Assembly: GCA_035437825.1 (NCBI GenBank)
Contig: DAOMYX010000001.1
Coordinates: 38,986-102,985 of the forward strand
Direction of reading: 5' to 3'
Length of the DNA: 64,000 nt
DNA from: Alphaproteobacteria bacterium
Lineage (GTDB): Bacteria > Pseudomonadota > Alphaproteobacteria > Micavibrionales > UBA2020
Shown: positions 45,074-54,094 of the stretch, in pieces
How positions within the stretch are numbered: position 1 is the first letter of the stretch
Layout: every line of letters begins with the position of its first letter
Made by a program: the position numbers and the translations under genes
Notes under the pieces: generated by a model
What the model saw: only the letters and a program-made list of their open reading frames with translations
Database searches by the model: none
What the model was told of the DNA's origin: nothing

Positions 45074-47584
45074 TTGACGATGCCTGCAGATGACAGTGCC
45101 ATAAAAACAGCCCGCCGGTTTCTATCGGCTGTGGCGCTATGTGCATTGTCTGTGTTTTTTTCCTACTCCGCCAAAGCGTCCGAGCCGTTCAAGCCGCGCC
45201 TTGAAACAAACTGGCGTCACGGGACGGAACGTTCGATTGTGATGACCGAAGCTTGGGTACCTCTCGCGCAGGATACCGACCGGCTTTTTTACGGCGATGT
45301 GCGCCTGATGGGCGATGATGGCAATAACCGTGAATGGAACGCGGGCATCGGCTACCGGCAGCTTTCTCCTGCCGGCGACAGCGTTTTCGGTTTGCATGGC
45401 TGGTTTGACCGTCGCCGCACCACGCGCGGCTCCGTTTTCTATCAGGGGACGGCGGGCGCGGAATATCTGACGGATGATTTGGATATACGCGTCAATGCCT
45501 ATGTGCCCGCCAGCCAGAAAGAGCGTTATGCCATCGGTGCCTCGACGGCACCCTATCTTGCGGACACTGGTATTTATTACGACACGGCGGGCTTGCTGGT
45601 CGAAAAACCGCTACATGGTTTCGATGTGGAATTTGCCGTACCCGTCAAGCCGCTGCAGGGGCCGATGGAATCCTTTCGCGTTGCGGCGGGCGGCTTTGTG
45701 TTCAGCGGTGATGACGCGCAGACGCTGCGCGGCGTCCGCCTGCGCGCCATGGCGGATGTGACCAGCGATATACAACTGGGCGCGCGGTTTGAAACGGATA
45801 ATTTGCGCGGCGCGCAAGGGTTTGTGGAGGCGACGCTGCGCTTTCCTTTCGGCTCCAAGGCCTCGGCCAAAACGCTGGGGCTGCGCAGCCGCATGGATGA
45901 AAGCCCCGAGCGTGATATCGACGTGATTACCGCCGCGCGCGTGGCAAAAGAGCCGGAGACGGGGCAAGCCGTTCTCAATGCCTTTGACAACATGAACCAG
46001 CGGGTTTTCCATGTGGACAATACCGCGGCCGTAGGGGGCGACGGCACCGTCGAAACGCCTTTCAACACCTTGGCTGCGGCAGGCGCGGCGGCAGACCGCG
46101 AGGGGGATATTGTTTATGTTCACCGCGGTGACGGCAGCAGCACCGGCATGCAAAACGGTGTTGTCCTGTCGCAGGCTTATCAGTCGCTCATCGGCTCCGG
46201 CACGAATTTCGTTTATGATGACGGGCGTTTCACCACGGCGGACGGCAAAGATTTTGACGGGCGCGTCATCATGGCGGCATCAACCGCGCCTGTGATTGGC
46301 AATACGGCGGGCAATGGTGTGACTGTGTCTGCTATGGATGCGACGGTCGCCGGGCTGACCATCGACGGCGCGACGGGGCACGGCATCTATGCGCTGGCGT
46401 CCGGCGGGGCGGATTTGGGCACGCTGTCCATCCGCAATGTCACGGTATCGAACAGCACGCTTGACGGGCTTTATGCCGAAGCGACCGGCGCGGGCAGCAG
46501 CATCGATGTCGAGGTGGATAACTTGCGCGCCGATAACAACCGCAATGGCATGCGTTTTTATGCGCAGCAGAATGCTGCGGGTGTAACGGGCAGCGTGGAA
46601 TCGTCGCGCGCGACGGGCAATGCGGGCTATGGCATTATTCTTTATGACGACAGCACGGCGGGCAGCGTCGATGTCGATATGGGCGGCGGCGGGCGCTCGG
46701 ACGGGCGCAACAGCCTGTATGACAATACGCGCGAAGATTTGGCCGTGGATATCGACGGTGCAACATTGATGGCGCGCGGCAACTGGTGGGGGCAGGCTAC
46801 GGGCGTCTATCAGCAGGCGCCTGCGGGCGGGCAGTCGCCGCAAATCTATTACGGCGCGCCGCTGGATAACGGCTTGCTTATCCACTGGACGTTTGACAGT
46901 GAATGGACATCGGGCACCACGGCTTATGACCGCTCCGGCAACGGATATAACGGCGTGCTGACGGGCGGCGTGACGGCAGCCGCGCTGACAACAGGTGCGA
47001 ACAGGCAGGCCTTGGCGCTCAGCGGCAGCGGTCAATATGTGCGCGCCACGGGCATTGCGGGTACTTATAGCCAATATACCGTGCTGGCCTCTGTCGCGCC
47101 GGATATTACCAGCGGCCCTGTGGGCGATTACGCGACTTGGGGCTATACGGTTGTGTCCGACGGTGCTGCGCAGGGGGCTTCGGCCTATCCATTGTGGGTG
47201 ACGGTGCGCGGCGGCGAGGTTGTAGCGCGTACATATAACCAATCAAATACGGGCACCGTTACCACGGGCGCAGCTATCGGCAACGGGGAGTGGAGCCAGA
47301 TTGCCCTCAGCGCCCAGCGCATGGGGCAAAGCAATATCTATGTCGATGGCAACCTGATGAATACCTATAACAATCCGGCCGGCGGCACGGCCTCTGGCAC
47401 ATGGAACAACGGCAATTTCTATGTCGGCGAGCTGCGCGCGGGACGCGGAATTTATTATGACGGACTGGTTGACGAAGTGCGTGTTTACAGCCGCATTCTC
47501 ACTGCCGCCGAAATCTCGGAAATTTCGCGTATGAACACATCCAGCGTGGTCAATACCGGCGGGTATCTGACGTCTGCGCCCTGA
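45074..47584 (+). CDS. inverse autotransporter (intimin/invasin-type beta-barrel) with parallel beta-helix and LamG passenger domains
   Basis: Signal peptide RRFLSAVALCALSVFFSYSAKA. LFYGDVRLMGDDGNNREWNAGIGYRQL...GTAGAEYLTDDLDIRVNAYVP matches the intimin beta-domain pattern (LFSQ..NLGIGWR...GVGAEYW...ANGY). Beta-helix repeats (GHGIYALASGG..., NRNGMRFYAQQN). C-terminal Laminin_G_3 pattern (YNGVLTGG...LVDEVRVYSRILTAAEI). Confidence 0.75.
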   Translation: MTMPADDSAIKTARRFLSAVALCALSVFFSYSAKASEPFKPRLETNWRHGTERSIVMTEAWVPLAQDTDRLFYGDVRLMGDDGNNREWNAGIGYRQLSPAGDSVFGLHGWFDRRRTTRGSVFYQGTAGAEYLTDDLDIRVNAYVPASQKERYAIGASTAPYLADTGIYYDTAGLLVEKPLHGFDVEFAVPVKPLQGPMESFRVAAGGFVFSGDDAQTLRGVRLRAMADVTSDIQLGARFETDNLRGAQGFVEATLRFPFGSKASAKTLGLRSRMDESPERDIDVITAARVAKEPETGQAVLNAFDNMNQRVFHVDNTAAVGGDGTVETPFNTLAAAGAAADREGDIVYVHRGDGSSTGMQNGVVLSQAYQSLIGSGTNFVYDDGRFTTADGKDFDGRVIMAASTAPVIGNTAGNGVTVSAMDATVAGLTIDGATGHGIYALASGGADLGTLSIRNVTVSNSTLDGLYAEATGAGSSIDVEVDNLRADNNRNGMRFYAQQNAAGVTGSVESSRATGNAGYGIILYDDSTAGSVDVDMGGGGRSDGRNSLYDNTREDLAVDIDGATLMARGNWWGQATGVYQQAPAGGQSPQIYYGAPLDNGLLIHWTFDSEWTSGTTAYDRSGNGYNGVLTGGVTAAALTTGANRQALALSGSGQYVRATGIAGTYSQYTVLASVAPDITSGPVGDYATWGYTVVSDGAAQGASAYPLWVTVRGGEVVARTYNQSNTGTVTTGAAIGNGEWSQIALSAQRMGQSNIYVDGNLMNTYNNPAGGTASGTWNNGNFYVGELRAGRGIYYDGLVDEVRVYSRILTAAEISEISRMNTSSVVNTGGYLTSAP

Positions 47585-47599
47585 TAAAATAAACGGAAA

Positions 47600-48046
47600 T
47601 TATTCGCCGGCTTTCGCCATTGCCTTGGCCATCTCCAGCAGCTGTTTTTTCAGCTGCGGGGTGGAGATTTGCTCATACGCGCGTATCAGTTCCAGCACAT
47701 CGCGTTTGGTCATGGGGTCGGGCTCCAGCGTGGCTTGCGGCGTATCGGATACGCCCTTCATCGCCGGTTTGCGCGCGCCGCCGCTGCCGTTCATCAAAAC
47801 ATTCGCGCAGCCTTCGAGGAAATAATCCACGGGCACTTTCAGCGCGCGGCTGATGTCTGTCAGTCGGCTGACGCTGATGCGGTTGCTGCCGCGCTCATAC
47901 TTCTGGACTTGCTGGAAGGTCAGGCCGATGGATTTGGCCAGTTCTTCCTGGCTGAGGCCGAGCATCAAACGCCGCGATTTGACTTTGGTCCCGACATGGA
48001 TATCGACAGGGTGGGGGCCTTCATCATCCATACGGGTGCGTGGCAT
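47600..48046 (-). CDS. XRE-family helix-turn-helix transcriptional regulator
   Basis: RRLMLGLSQEELAKSIGLTFQQVQKYERGSNRISVSRL. Its position next to lnt is common in Alphaproteobacteria. Confidence 0.85.
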   Translation of the reverse strand: MPRTRMDDEGPHPVDIHVGTKVKSRRLMLGLSQEELAKSIGLTFQQVQKYERGSNRISVSRLTDISRALKVPVDYFLEGCANVLMNGSGGARKPAMKGVSDTPQATLEPDPMTKRDVLELIRAYEQISTPQLKKQLLEMAKAMAKAGE

Positions 48047-48113
48047 TGGGCGACCTTTTTTATAAAAAACGACTGTATTTCCATTATATAGGAATACAAC
48101 TGTTCATTGTCAA

Positions 48114-48126
48114 CATACGGATGTAT
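48114..48126. promoter_or_regulatory. motif CATACGGATGTAT in XRE regulator upstream region
   Basis: Read directly, 68-80 nt upstream of the XRE start codon. Further TGTAT/ATACA half-sites at 48074, 48094 and 48134. Confidence 0.35.
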
Positions 48127-48172
48127 TCAACCCTGTATTGTACATAACATGCGCGGGGTTTCGGGCGCGTTA

Positions 48173-49726
48173 TCAAGCCTTTGGACGGCGAAAGGGCTGG
48201 AAAAAATAGCTCAGCAGCAAAAGCGTGAGGCTCAGGCAGCCCGCGAATATCAGAAGAACGCCATCGCCCGTGGCCGCATAAAGCGTCGGCTTCTGGGCAG
48301 GATTCGGCAAGGGTGCATCAATGATGCCCGCGCGGTCAAGGCCGAGGCTATGCAGCACGCGTCCTTGCGGGTCAATAATCGCGGAGATGCCGCTGTTCGC
48401 CGCGCGTACAATCGGGATGCCTTCTTCAATGGCGCGCACACGCGCAAAACCGAAATGCTGCGCAGGCCCCGGCGAGCCCATCGACCACGCATCATTCGTG
48501 ATGAACAGCAGAAAATCCGGCTTGCCGCGCGTGATGTCTTTCATGCGTCCGGCAAAGGTTGCTTCGAAACAGATAATGGGGCTGAAAGACGGCAGGTATT
48601 GCCCCAGCCGCAACGTCGAGGGGCCGGGCCCCGGCGTCAGCGATTGCACGGCGGCGACATATTTGCCAAACGGAGTCTTGGCCAGCAGCTGCGCATAAGG
48701 CACATATTCCCCCCACGGGGCGAGGATGAATTTATCATGCTGTGCCACAGGCCGCTGGCTGCGCTGGTGCAGCACAATCAGGCTGTTGCGGATGCTGGGT
48801 GTCGGGGCGGATACCCTGCGGTTGACGCCGATAAGCCCGAAAGCCTGCGCGGGCAACGACAGCGCGACGCGGTCGGCGTTTTTGCGGTCTTCGGGCGTGA
48901 AAATATCAATCGCCGTTTCCGGCCAGACGACGAAAAGGATTTTATCGTCGTGTGGCGTTTCTGTGGCGCTGAGCTTTAGATGGCGCTGGAAAATATCGTC
49001 CTTGTTGCGGACGTCTTCTTTTTCCGCCTGTGTGATATTCGGCTGGACGATACGCACCAGATGCGGCGTTTCAACCGTCGGGTTTTTCTGCAAATGCAAA
49101 ATGCCAAAGCCGAGAATGAAAAAGAAACTGGCCAGCACAAAACCCGCCGCACGGCGCGACATAACGGGCGCGGCCGCCCAAAGCAGCGTCATCAAGGTCA
49201 AGCCGTAAATGCCGAACCATCCCGCAGATTGCAAAACAGGCAAAACGTGATGCCACGCATAACCGATATGGTTCCACGGGAAATTGGTGATGAAATGCCC
49301 GCGCAGATATTCAGCCCAGAAAAGGATAACAGCGAAAACAAACGCGAAATGCGTCGCCGCACGCCGGAACGGCCACGCTAGCAGCGCCGCTGCGCCGTAG
49401 TAAAGCGCGATATAAACCGGAATGCCGATAACCGATACCGGCAGCAACCACATCGCATGGCTGAAAAACGCCTTGAACGCGATGCCGAGCCAGTAAAGCC
49501 CGACAATGAAATATCCGCAGCCGAAAACCCAGCCCGCCAGAAACGCACGCGGCGCCGTTTGCGCCGATGCGACCAGCCAGAACAGGACGGGGATGGAAAT
49601 AAACACGGCAGGGAAAAAGCCGAAGGGCGGCATGGCCGATACCATTGCCGCGCCCGCTGCGAAAGCGGCCGCATAACGGCGCCAGCCGGAGAGGGCGGAA
49701 ATACGCTCTTTGATACCGTTTGTCAT
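48173..49726 (-). CDS. lnt: apolipoprotein N-acyltransferase (copy 1, distal)
   Basis: Multi-TM N-domain plus CN-hydrolase domain with VVWPETA (Glu), HDKFILAPWGEYVP (Lys) and SPIICFEATF (Cys). Confidence 0.85.
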   Translation of the reverse strand: MTNGIKERISALSGWRRYAAAFAAGAAMVSAMPPFGFFPAVFISIPVLFWLVASAQTAPRAFLAGWVFGCGYFIVGLYWLGIAFKAFFSHAMWLLPVSVIGIPVYIALYYGAAALLAWPFRRAATHFAFVFAVILFWAEYLRGHFITNFPWNHIGYAWHHVLPVLQSAGWFGIYGLTLMTLLWAAAPVMSRRAAGFVLASFFFILGFGILHLQKNPTVETPHLVRIVQPNITQAEKEDVRNKDDIFQRHLKLSATETPHDDKILFVVWPETAIDIFTPEDRKNADRVALSLPAQAFGLIGVNRRVSAPTPSIRNSLIVLHQRSQRPVAQHDKFILAPWGEYVPYAQLLAKTPFGKYVAAVQSLTPGPGPSTLRLGQYLPSFSPIICFEATFAGRMKDITRGKPDFLLFITNDAWSMGSPGPAQHFGFARVRAIEEGIPIVRAANSGISAIIDPQGRVLHSLGLDRAGIIDAPLPNPAQKPTLYAATGDGVLLIFAGCLSLTLLLLSYFFQPFRRPKA

Positions 49727-51258
49727 GCGGGTTTCTTTCGCGTGGTAACAACAGCCGCGATGCCAAAGACCAGCAGCAGGCCAAAGAAAATACTATCGCC
49801 AAATCGCGCATAGAGCGTGGGGGGCAGGGGCGCGGGCAGAATGCTGTCGAGCTGCCCTTTGTCGCCAAGCCCCAGACGTGCCACGGTGCGCCCCACAGGG
49901 TCGATAACGGCGGAAATGCCTGTATTCGCCGCGCGTGCCATAGGCAGGCCTTCTTCGATGGCGCGGATGCGGCTGATGGCCAGATGCTGGAAGGGCCCTG
50001 CGCTCATGCCATACCAGCCGTCGTTGGTGACGTTGACCAGCCATGCGGGGCGGTTTGTTTTATCCACGGCGGCGGCGGGGAAAATCGCCTCGTAGCAAAT
50101 CAGCGGGCTGAAGGCGGGGAAGCCTTCGGCTTGCAATGTGCGCGGCCCCGCGCCCGGTGTGAAATCGCCAATGCCGGAGAGGGCGAGCGCCAGCGGCTCG
50201 AACGTCACATATTTACGAAAGGGCAGGTATTCGCCAAAAGGGACAAGATGATGTTTGTCGTAGGTTGCCAGCACTTCGCCTTTGCGGCCAAGGGCGGTCA
50301 GGCTGTTGTGATAGGCCGTTGGGGCTTGTGTCTGGTCGAGCGTCACGCGGATATTGCCAATCACGCCGATGCTGCCGCGCGGCAGGCGCTGGCCGATGTA
50401 TCCGCCGATTTCGGGGAAGTGGCCGAAATCGTGGCGGGAGGCACTTTCCGGCCAGATAACAATGCGCGGCGGCGGGTTTTCTTCACGCTCTTTTGAGGCG
50501 GAAAGCTCGACATGACGCTCCAGATTACGCCAATCTTCGTCGGGGTCCCATTTCATGGTCTGGGGGATATTCGCCTGCACAATGCGCAATTCGTAGGCGC
50601 CGTTCTGCACCGTCGGGGTTTGCAAAATGCGCCAGCTGCCAAAACCCAGCAACAGGGCGAAGCTGAAAATAGCCGCAGCGAAAATGCGGGGCGATGCGCG
50701 ATGGAAAAGGGGGGCAGCTGCCCAGAAAACGGTCAGCAGCGTCAGGGTATAAATACCGCCGAGCGATACGGTTTGCAGCAGCGGCAAGGCATGTTCCCAC
50801 GCTTGGCCTGCCAAATTCCACGGGAAGCCCGTCAGTAAATGCCCGCGCGCGTATTCGACCAAGCCCCAAGCCGCAATGAAAGCGAGGGCATGTGCAGCAG
50901 GATGCGCGCGCCAGCGGTGCGCGGCGAGGGGAATAAGCCCGTAGTAAAGTGCCAATACCGTCGGCCCGACGATGAGCGAGAAGGGCATGACCCAGCCCCA
51001 CGCCTTGATATCGACAAACAGCGCGGCGCTGACCCAGTAAAGCCCGACAATGAAATATCCCGCGCCAAACGCCCAGCCGCCCAGAAAACTTTTGAATTTC
51101 GACGGCGCGTTTTGCGACAAAAGGATGAAGGCGGGGATGGATACAAAAAGCGCGGGGAAAAAACCAATCGGCGGCAGCGATAACACCGCGAACGCGCCGA
51201 AGCAGAACAGCGCGGCGTATTTTTTGAATCCCGTCAATTTTTCCAATGCCTGTTGCAT
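49723..51258 (-). CDS. lnt: apolipoprotein N-acyltransferase (copy 2, proximal)
   Basis: ORF 49723..51264 starts at a TTG; I prefer ATG 51258. VIWPESA, YDKHHLVPFGEYLP, SPLICYEAIF. ATGA overlap with copy 1. Confidence 0.88.
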   Translation of the reverse strand: MQQALEKLTGFKKYAALFCFGAFAVLSLPPIGFFPALFVSIPAFILLSQNAPSKFKSFLGGWAFGAGYFIVGLYWVSAALFVDIKAWGWVMPFSLIVGPTVLALYYGLIPLAAHRWRAHPAAHALAFIAAWGLVEYARGHLLTGFPWNLAGQAWEHALPLLQTVSLGGIYTLTLLTVFWAAAPLFHRASPRIFAAAIFSFALLLGFGSWRILQTPTVQNGAYELRIVQANIPQTMKWDPDEDWRNLERHVELSASKEREENPPPRIVIWPESASRHDFGHFPEIGGYIGQRLPRGSIGVIGNIRVTLDQTQAPTAYHNSLTALGRKGEVLATYDKHHLVPFGEYLPFRKYVTFEPLALALSGIGDFTPGAGPRTLQAEGFPAFSPLICYEAIFPAAAVDKTNRPAWLVNVTNDGWYGMSAGPFQHLAISRIRAIEEGLPMARAANTGISAVIDPVGRTVARLGLGDKGQLDSILPAPLPPTLYARFGDSIFFGLLLVFGIAAVVTTRKKPA

Positions 51259-51298
51259 GCGCAAAATCTAGCGCATTTTATGCGCAAAATCTAGCGCA
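51257..51298. repeat. tandem direct repeat, 2 x 19 bp ATGCGCAAAATCTAGCGCA separated by TTTT
   Basis: Copies at 51257-51275 and 51280-51298. Each contains TGCGC-N8-GCGCA inverted arms. Copy 1 includes the lnt copy 2 start codon (reverse strand). Confidence 0.85.
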
Positions 51299-51331
51299 CA
51301 TCGGGCATAAAAACCAGAGCGGAGAAGGCGA

Positions 51332-52348
51332 TTACTCGGCCGCCGACTGCTTTTGCGGCAGGTTGCGCACGCGCAGGCGCATGATGCGGCGGGGGTCTGC
51401 GTCGATGACCTCGAATTCAAGGCCGCTGGCGTGTTTGATAAGCTCCCCGCGCGCGGGCACGCGGCCGGCGATGTAGGACACAAGGCCGCCGAGGGTGTCG
51501 TTTTCCTCGTGTTCCTCGTCTTCGGTGAAAAGCTTGCCGTATTTTGCCTCGAAATCGGTCAGCGGCATGCGCGCATCCACGATGGCAGAGCCGTCGGGGC
51601 GTTCAATCATCTGCGGGGCGATGTCGAAATCAAGTTCGTCCTCGACCTCGCCGACAATCGCGGAAATCAGGTCGTTGATGGTGATAAGCCCGTCGATGCC
51701 GCCGAATTCGTCCACGACGAAGGCGATATGCACACGCGACTGGCGCATTTGCAAAAGCAAATCCATGACGCGCATGGCGGGGGATACGACCAGCACGTCG
51801 CGCATGATGTCGCGAATTTCAAAGTCACGTCCCTGCACGAGTGCGGAGACGAGGTCTTTCATGTGCATGACGCCGACGATGTTGTCGAGGTCGTCCTTGT
51901 AAACCGGAATGCGGCTGTGCGGTTTTTGTTGCAGCAGACTGTAGAGGTCTTCCTTGGTGGCGCTGCCGTTGATGGCCACGATATCCGCGCGCGGCACCAT
52001 GACGTCGATAACGGGCAGGTCGCGCAGCTGCAGAATGTTGGAAATCAGCATGCGTTCATGCGCGGCGACCGAAGACTGCGGCGCGCTGTCTTCTTCTTCA
52101 ATCAGCTCCTCGATAGCTTCGCGGAGCATGTCGTCGCTGTTTTGCTGACGTGCGGGCAGAAGGTTTTTGACCCAGCCCAGAATACGGCCATCGCCGTCTT
52201 TGGTGTTTTGCTGCGGGGCAGGGACGGTTTCAGCCTGCCCGCTGCCTATCGGGGGTTCGTCGGATTCTGCATCCGTCTTTTTCAAAGAGTCTTCCATCGG
52301 GCGACTATTTGCGTTCATTTTTCGTGCGGCGTTTGTTTGGTTTGTCAT
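51332..52348 (-). CDS. corC: CBS-pair / CorC_HlyC transporter-associated protein
   Basis: RDLPVIDVMVPRADI, a CBS pair, and C-terminal EFEVIDADPRRIMRLRV. The start is uncertain (52348, 52318 or 52297); the longest form overlaps ybeY by 44 nt. Confidence 0.85.
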   Translation of the reverse strand: MTNQTNAARKMNANSRPMEDSLKKTDAESDEPPIGSGQAETVPAPQQNTKDGDGRILGWVKNLLPARQQNSDDMLREAIEELIEEEDSAPQSSVAAHERMLISNILQLRDLPVIDVMVPRADIVAINGSATKEDLYSLLQQKPHSRIPVYKDDLDNIVGVMHMKDLVSALVQGRDFEIRDIMRDVLVVSPAMRVMDLLLQMRQSRVHIAFVVDEFGGIDGLITINDLISAIVGEVEDELDFDIAPQMIERPDGSAIVDARMPLTDFEAKYGKLFTEDEEHEENDTLGGLVSYIAGRVPARGELIKHASGLEFEVIDADPRRIMRLRVRNLPQKQSAAE

Positions 52349-52976
52349 CTTGGGTCAATAGGTCCATGTCTTTGTACGGGTCAGGATAGCCCATTGCACG
52401 CAAAATGTCACATTCTAATTTTTCCATAATTTTAGCATCTTTGGGGCGCATGTGGTCATAGCCCAAAAGGTGCAAAACGCCATGGACAATCAGGTGAACG
52501 GTATGATTTTCCATGGTTTTTTTCTGTTCGCGCGTTTCGCGCACGATGGTCTGGAAGCCGAGAACCACATCGCCGAGGGGGATGAACATATTTTTCGGGT
52601 AAACGTCCAGTGATGACTTTTTGAAGCTTTCAAGGTCGATTTGCGGGAAGGACAGCACGTTGGTCGGCTTGTCGATTCCCCGAAAATCACGGTTCAGCAT
52701 CTTCACATGCGCATCGTCCGTCAGGGTGATGGAAATTTCAAAACGGCGGCGCGCGAAGGCGGCGGGCTTTTTGGCACCGTCAAAGGCGGCGGCTGCCGCG
52801 CGCTCTATGCGGCTGTTCATGGCATAAAACGCGCGTTTCCATTTTGGCGATACGGTATCCAGAAGCACGCTGACGGATACGGGTTTTTTGGCCGCAACTT
52901 TGAGCGAGGCAGGCTTTGCGGGCACGGGTTTTGAAGTCGCGGTTTTCGCGCGGGCGGTTTTGCGCCGGTTTTTCAT
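52305..52976 (-). CDS. ybeY: rRNA maturation endoribonuclease YbeY with basic N-terminal extension
   Basis: HLIVHGVLHLLGYDH zinc motif. ATGA overlap with the phoH stop. Confidence 0.88.
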   Translation of the reverse strand: MKNRRKTARAKTATSKPVPAKPASLKVAAKKPVSVSVLLDTVSPKWKRAFYAMNSRIERAAAAAFDGAKKPAAFARRRFEISITLTDDAHVKMLNRDFRGIDKPTNVLSFPQIDLESFKKSSLDVYPKNMFIPLGDVVLGFQTIVRETREQKKTMENHTVHLIVHGVLHLLGYDHMRPKDAKIMEKLECDILRAMGYPDPYKDMDLLTQDDKPNKRRTKNERK

Positions 52977-54019
52977 GTGCGTTTCCTGTCCGCGCTGTTG
53001 TTATTTTGCGGCTGTTCCTTGTCGCGCTTGTCGTAGGCTTCGACGATGCTTTTGACAAGGCGGCTGCGCACGACGTCCGCTTCGGCGAAGCGTATCATCG
53101 CTACGTCCTTCACATCGCGCAAAACGTCAATGGCGTCATGCAGGCCGGATTTCTGTCCGGCGGGCAGGTCGGTCTGCGACAGGTCGCCGGTGATAATCAT
53201 GCGGCTGCCCTCGCCAATACGCGTCAGCGCCATTTTCATCTGCGCAGGGGTTGTGTTCTGCGCTTCGTCAAGAATAACCACGGCGCTTGAAAGCGTGCGC
53301 CCGCGCATGAAAGCCAGCGGCGCGATTTCAATCGTGCCGTCGGCCAAGCGGCGGGCGATTTGTTCCGGCGGCAGCATGTCGTGCAGCGCGTCGTAAATCG
53401 GGCGCAGGAAGGGGTCGATTTTCTCCTGCATCGTGCCCGGCAGGAAGCCGAGGCGTTCGCCCGCCTCAACCGCGGGGCGGCAGAGGATAAGACGGTCAAT
53501 CTCGCCTGCCAGCATCATGGTGACGGCCTGCGCAACGGCAAGGAATGTTTTACCCGTACCCGCAGGGCCAAGGCCGAAGACCAGATGGTTTTTGCGGATG
53601 GCGTCCAGATATTCCGCCTGCTTGGCGCTGCGGGCGGTGATGTTCTTGTTGCGCGCCTTGACCTTGACGTGGCTTTCCTTCAGCGCGGCCATGGCGGTGT
53701 CGCGCGTGGCGGGGTCCATGGGGCTGCGGGCGACGGCGATGGCGGAGGTGACTTCTTCCGTGCCGACTTCCATGCCTTTGGTCAGGCGCTCCCACAAAAC
53801 ATCGAATACGGATTGTGCGGCGCGCAGGTTCGGCTTGCTGCCGGTGACGACAAGCTCGTTGCCGCGCGCGGTGATTTCCACGTCCAGCTCTTCTTCTATC
53901 TGGTTCAAGTGGCTGTCGTGTTCGCCGAAAAGGAAGGGGACAAGTTCGTTGTCGTCGAATTGAAGTCCGATGCGCCGGACGGTTTGTTTGCTCAAGTGTT
54001 GCTCCGCTTTCTGCCGCAA
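52973..54019 (-). CDS. phoH: PhoH/YbeZ-like ATPase (canonical copy)
   Basis: [54 protein letters not shown]. There is no ATG start. Candidates are TTG 54019 or TTG 53995, and the latter has GGAG 6 nt upstream. Confidence 0.88.
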   Translation of the reverse strand: MRQKAEQHLSKQTVRRIGLQFDDNELVPFLFGEHDSHLNQIEEELDVEITARGNELVVTGSKPNLRAAQSVFDVLWERLTKGMEVGTEEVTSAIAVARSPMDPATRDTAMAALKESHVKVKARNKNITARSAKQAEYLDAIRKNHLVFGLGPAGTGKTFLAVAQAVTMMLAGEIDRLILCRPAVEAGERLGFLPGTMQEKIDPFLRPIYDALHDMLPPEQIARRLADGTIEIAPLAFMRGRTLSSAVVILDEAQNTTPAQMKMALTRIGEGSRMIITGDLSQTDLPAGQKSGLHDAIDVLRDVKDVAMIRFAEADVVRSRLVKSIVEAYDKRDKEQPQNNNSADRKRT

Positions 54020-54023
54020 ATGA

Positions 54024-54056
54024 AAAGTGGGGTTAGGAAAACCCTAACCCCACTTT
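54024..54056 (-). terminator. 14-bp-stem hairpin between the two phoH genes (terminator, attenuator or RNA-stability element)
   Basis: AAAGTGGGGTTAGG-AAAAC-CCTAACCCCACTTT. On the minus strand it is followed by TCATTTG, giving TTTTCATTT. Confidence 0.5.
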
Positions 54057-54094
54057 AGCACGAAAAGTTGAAGAATTATTAACTTCTCTGATTA

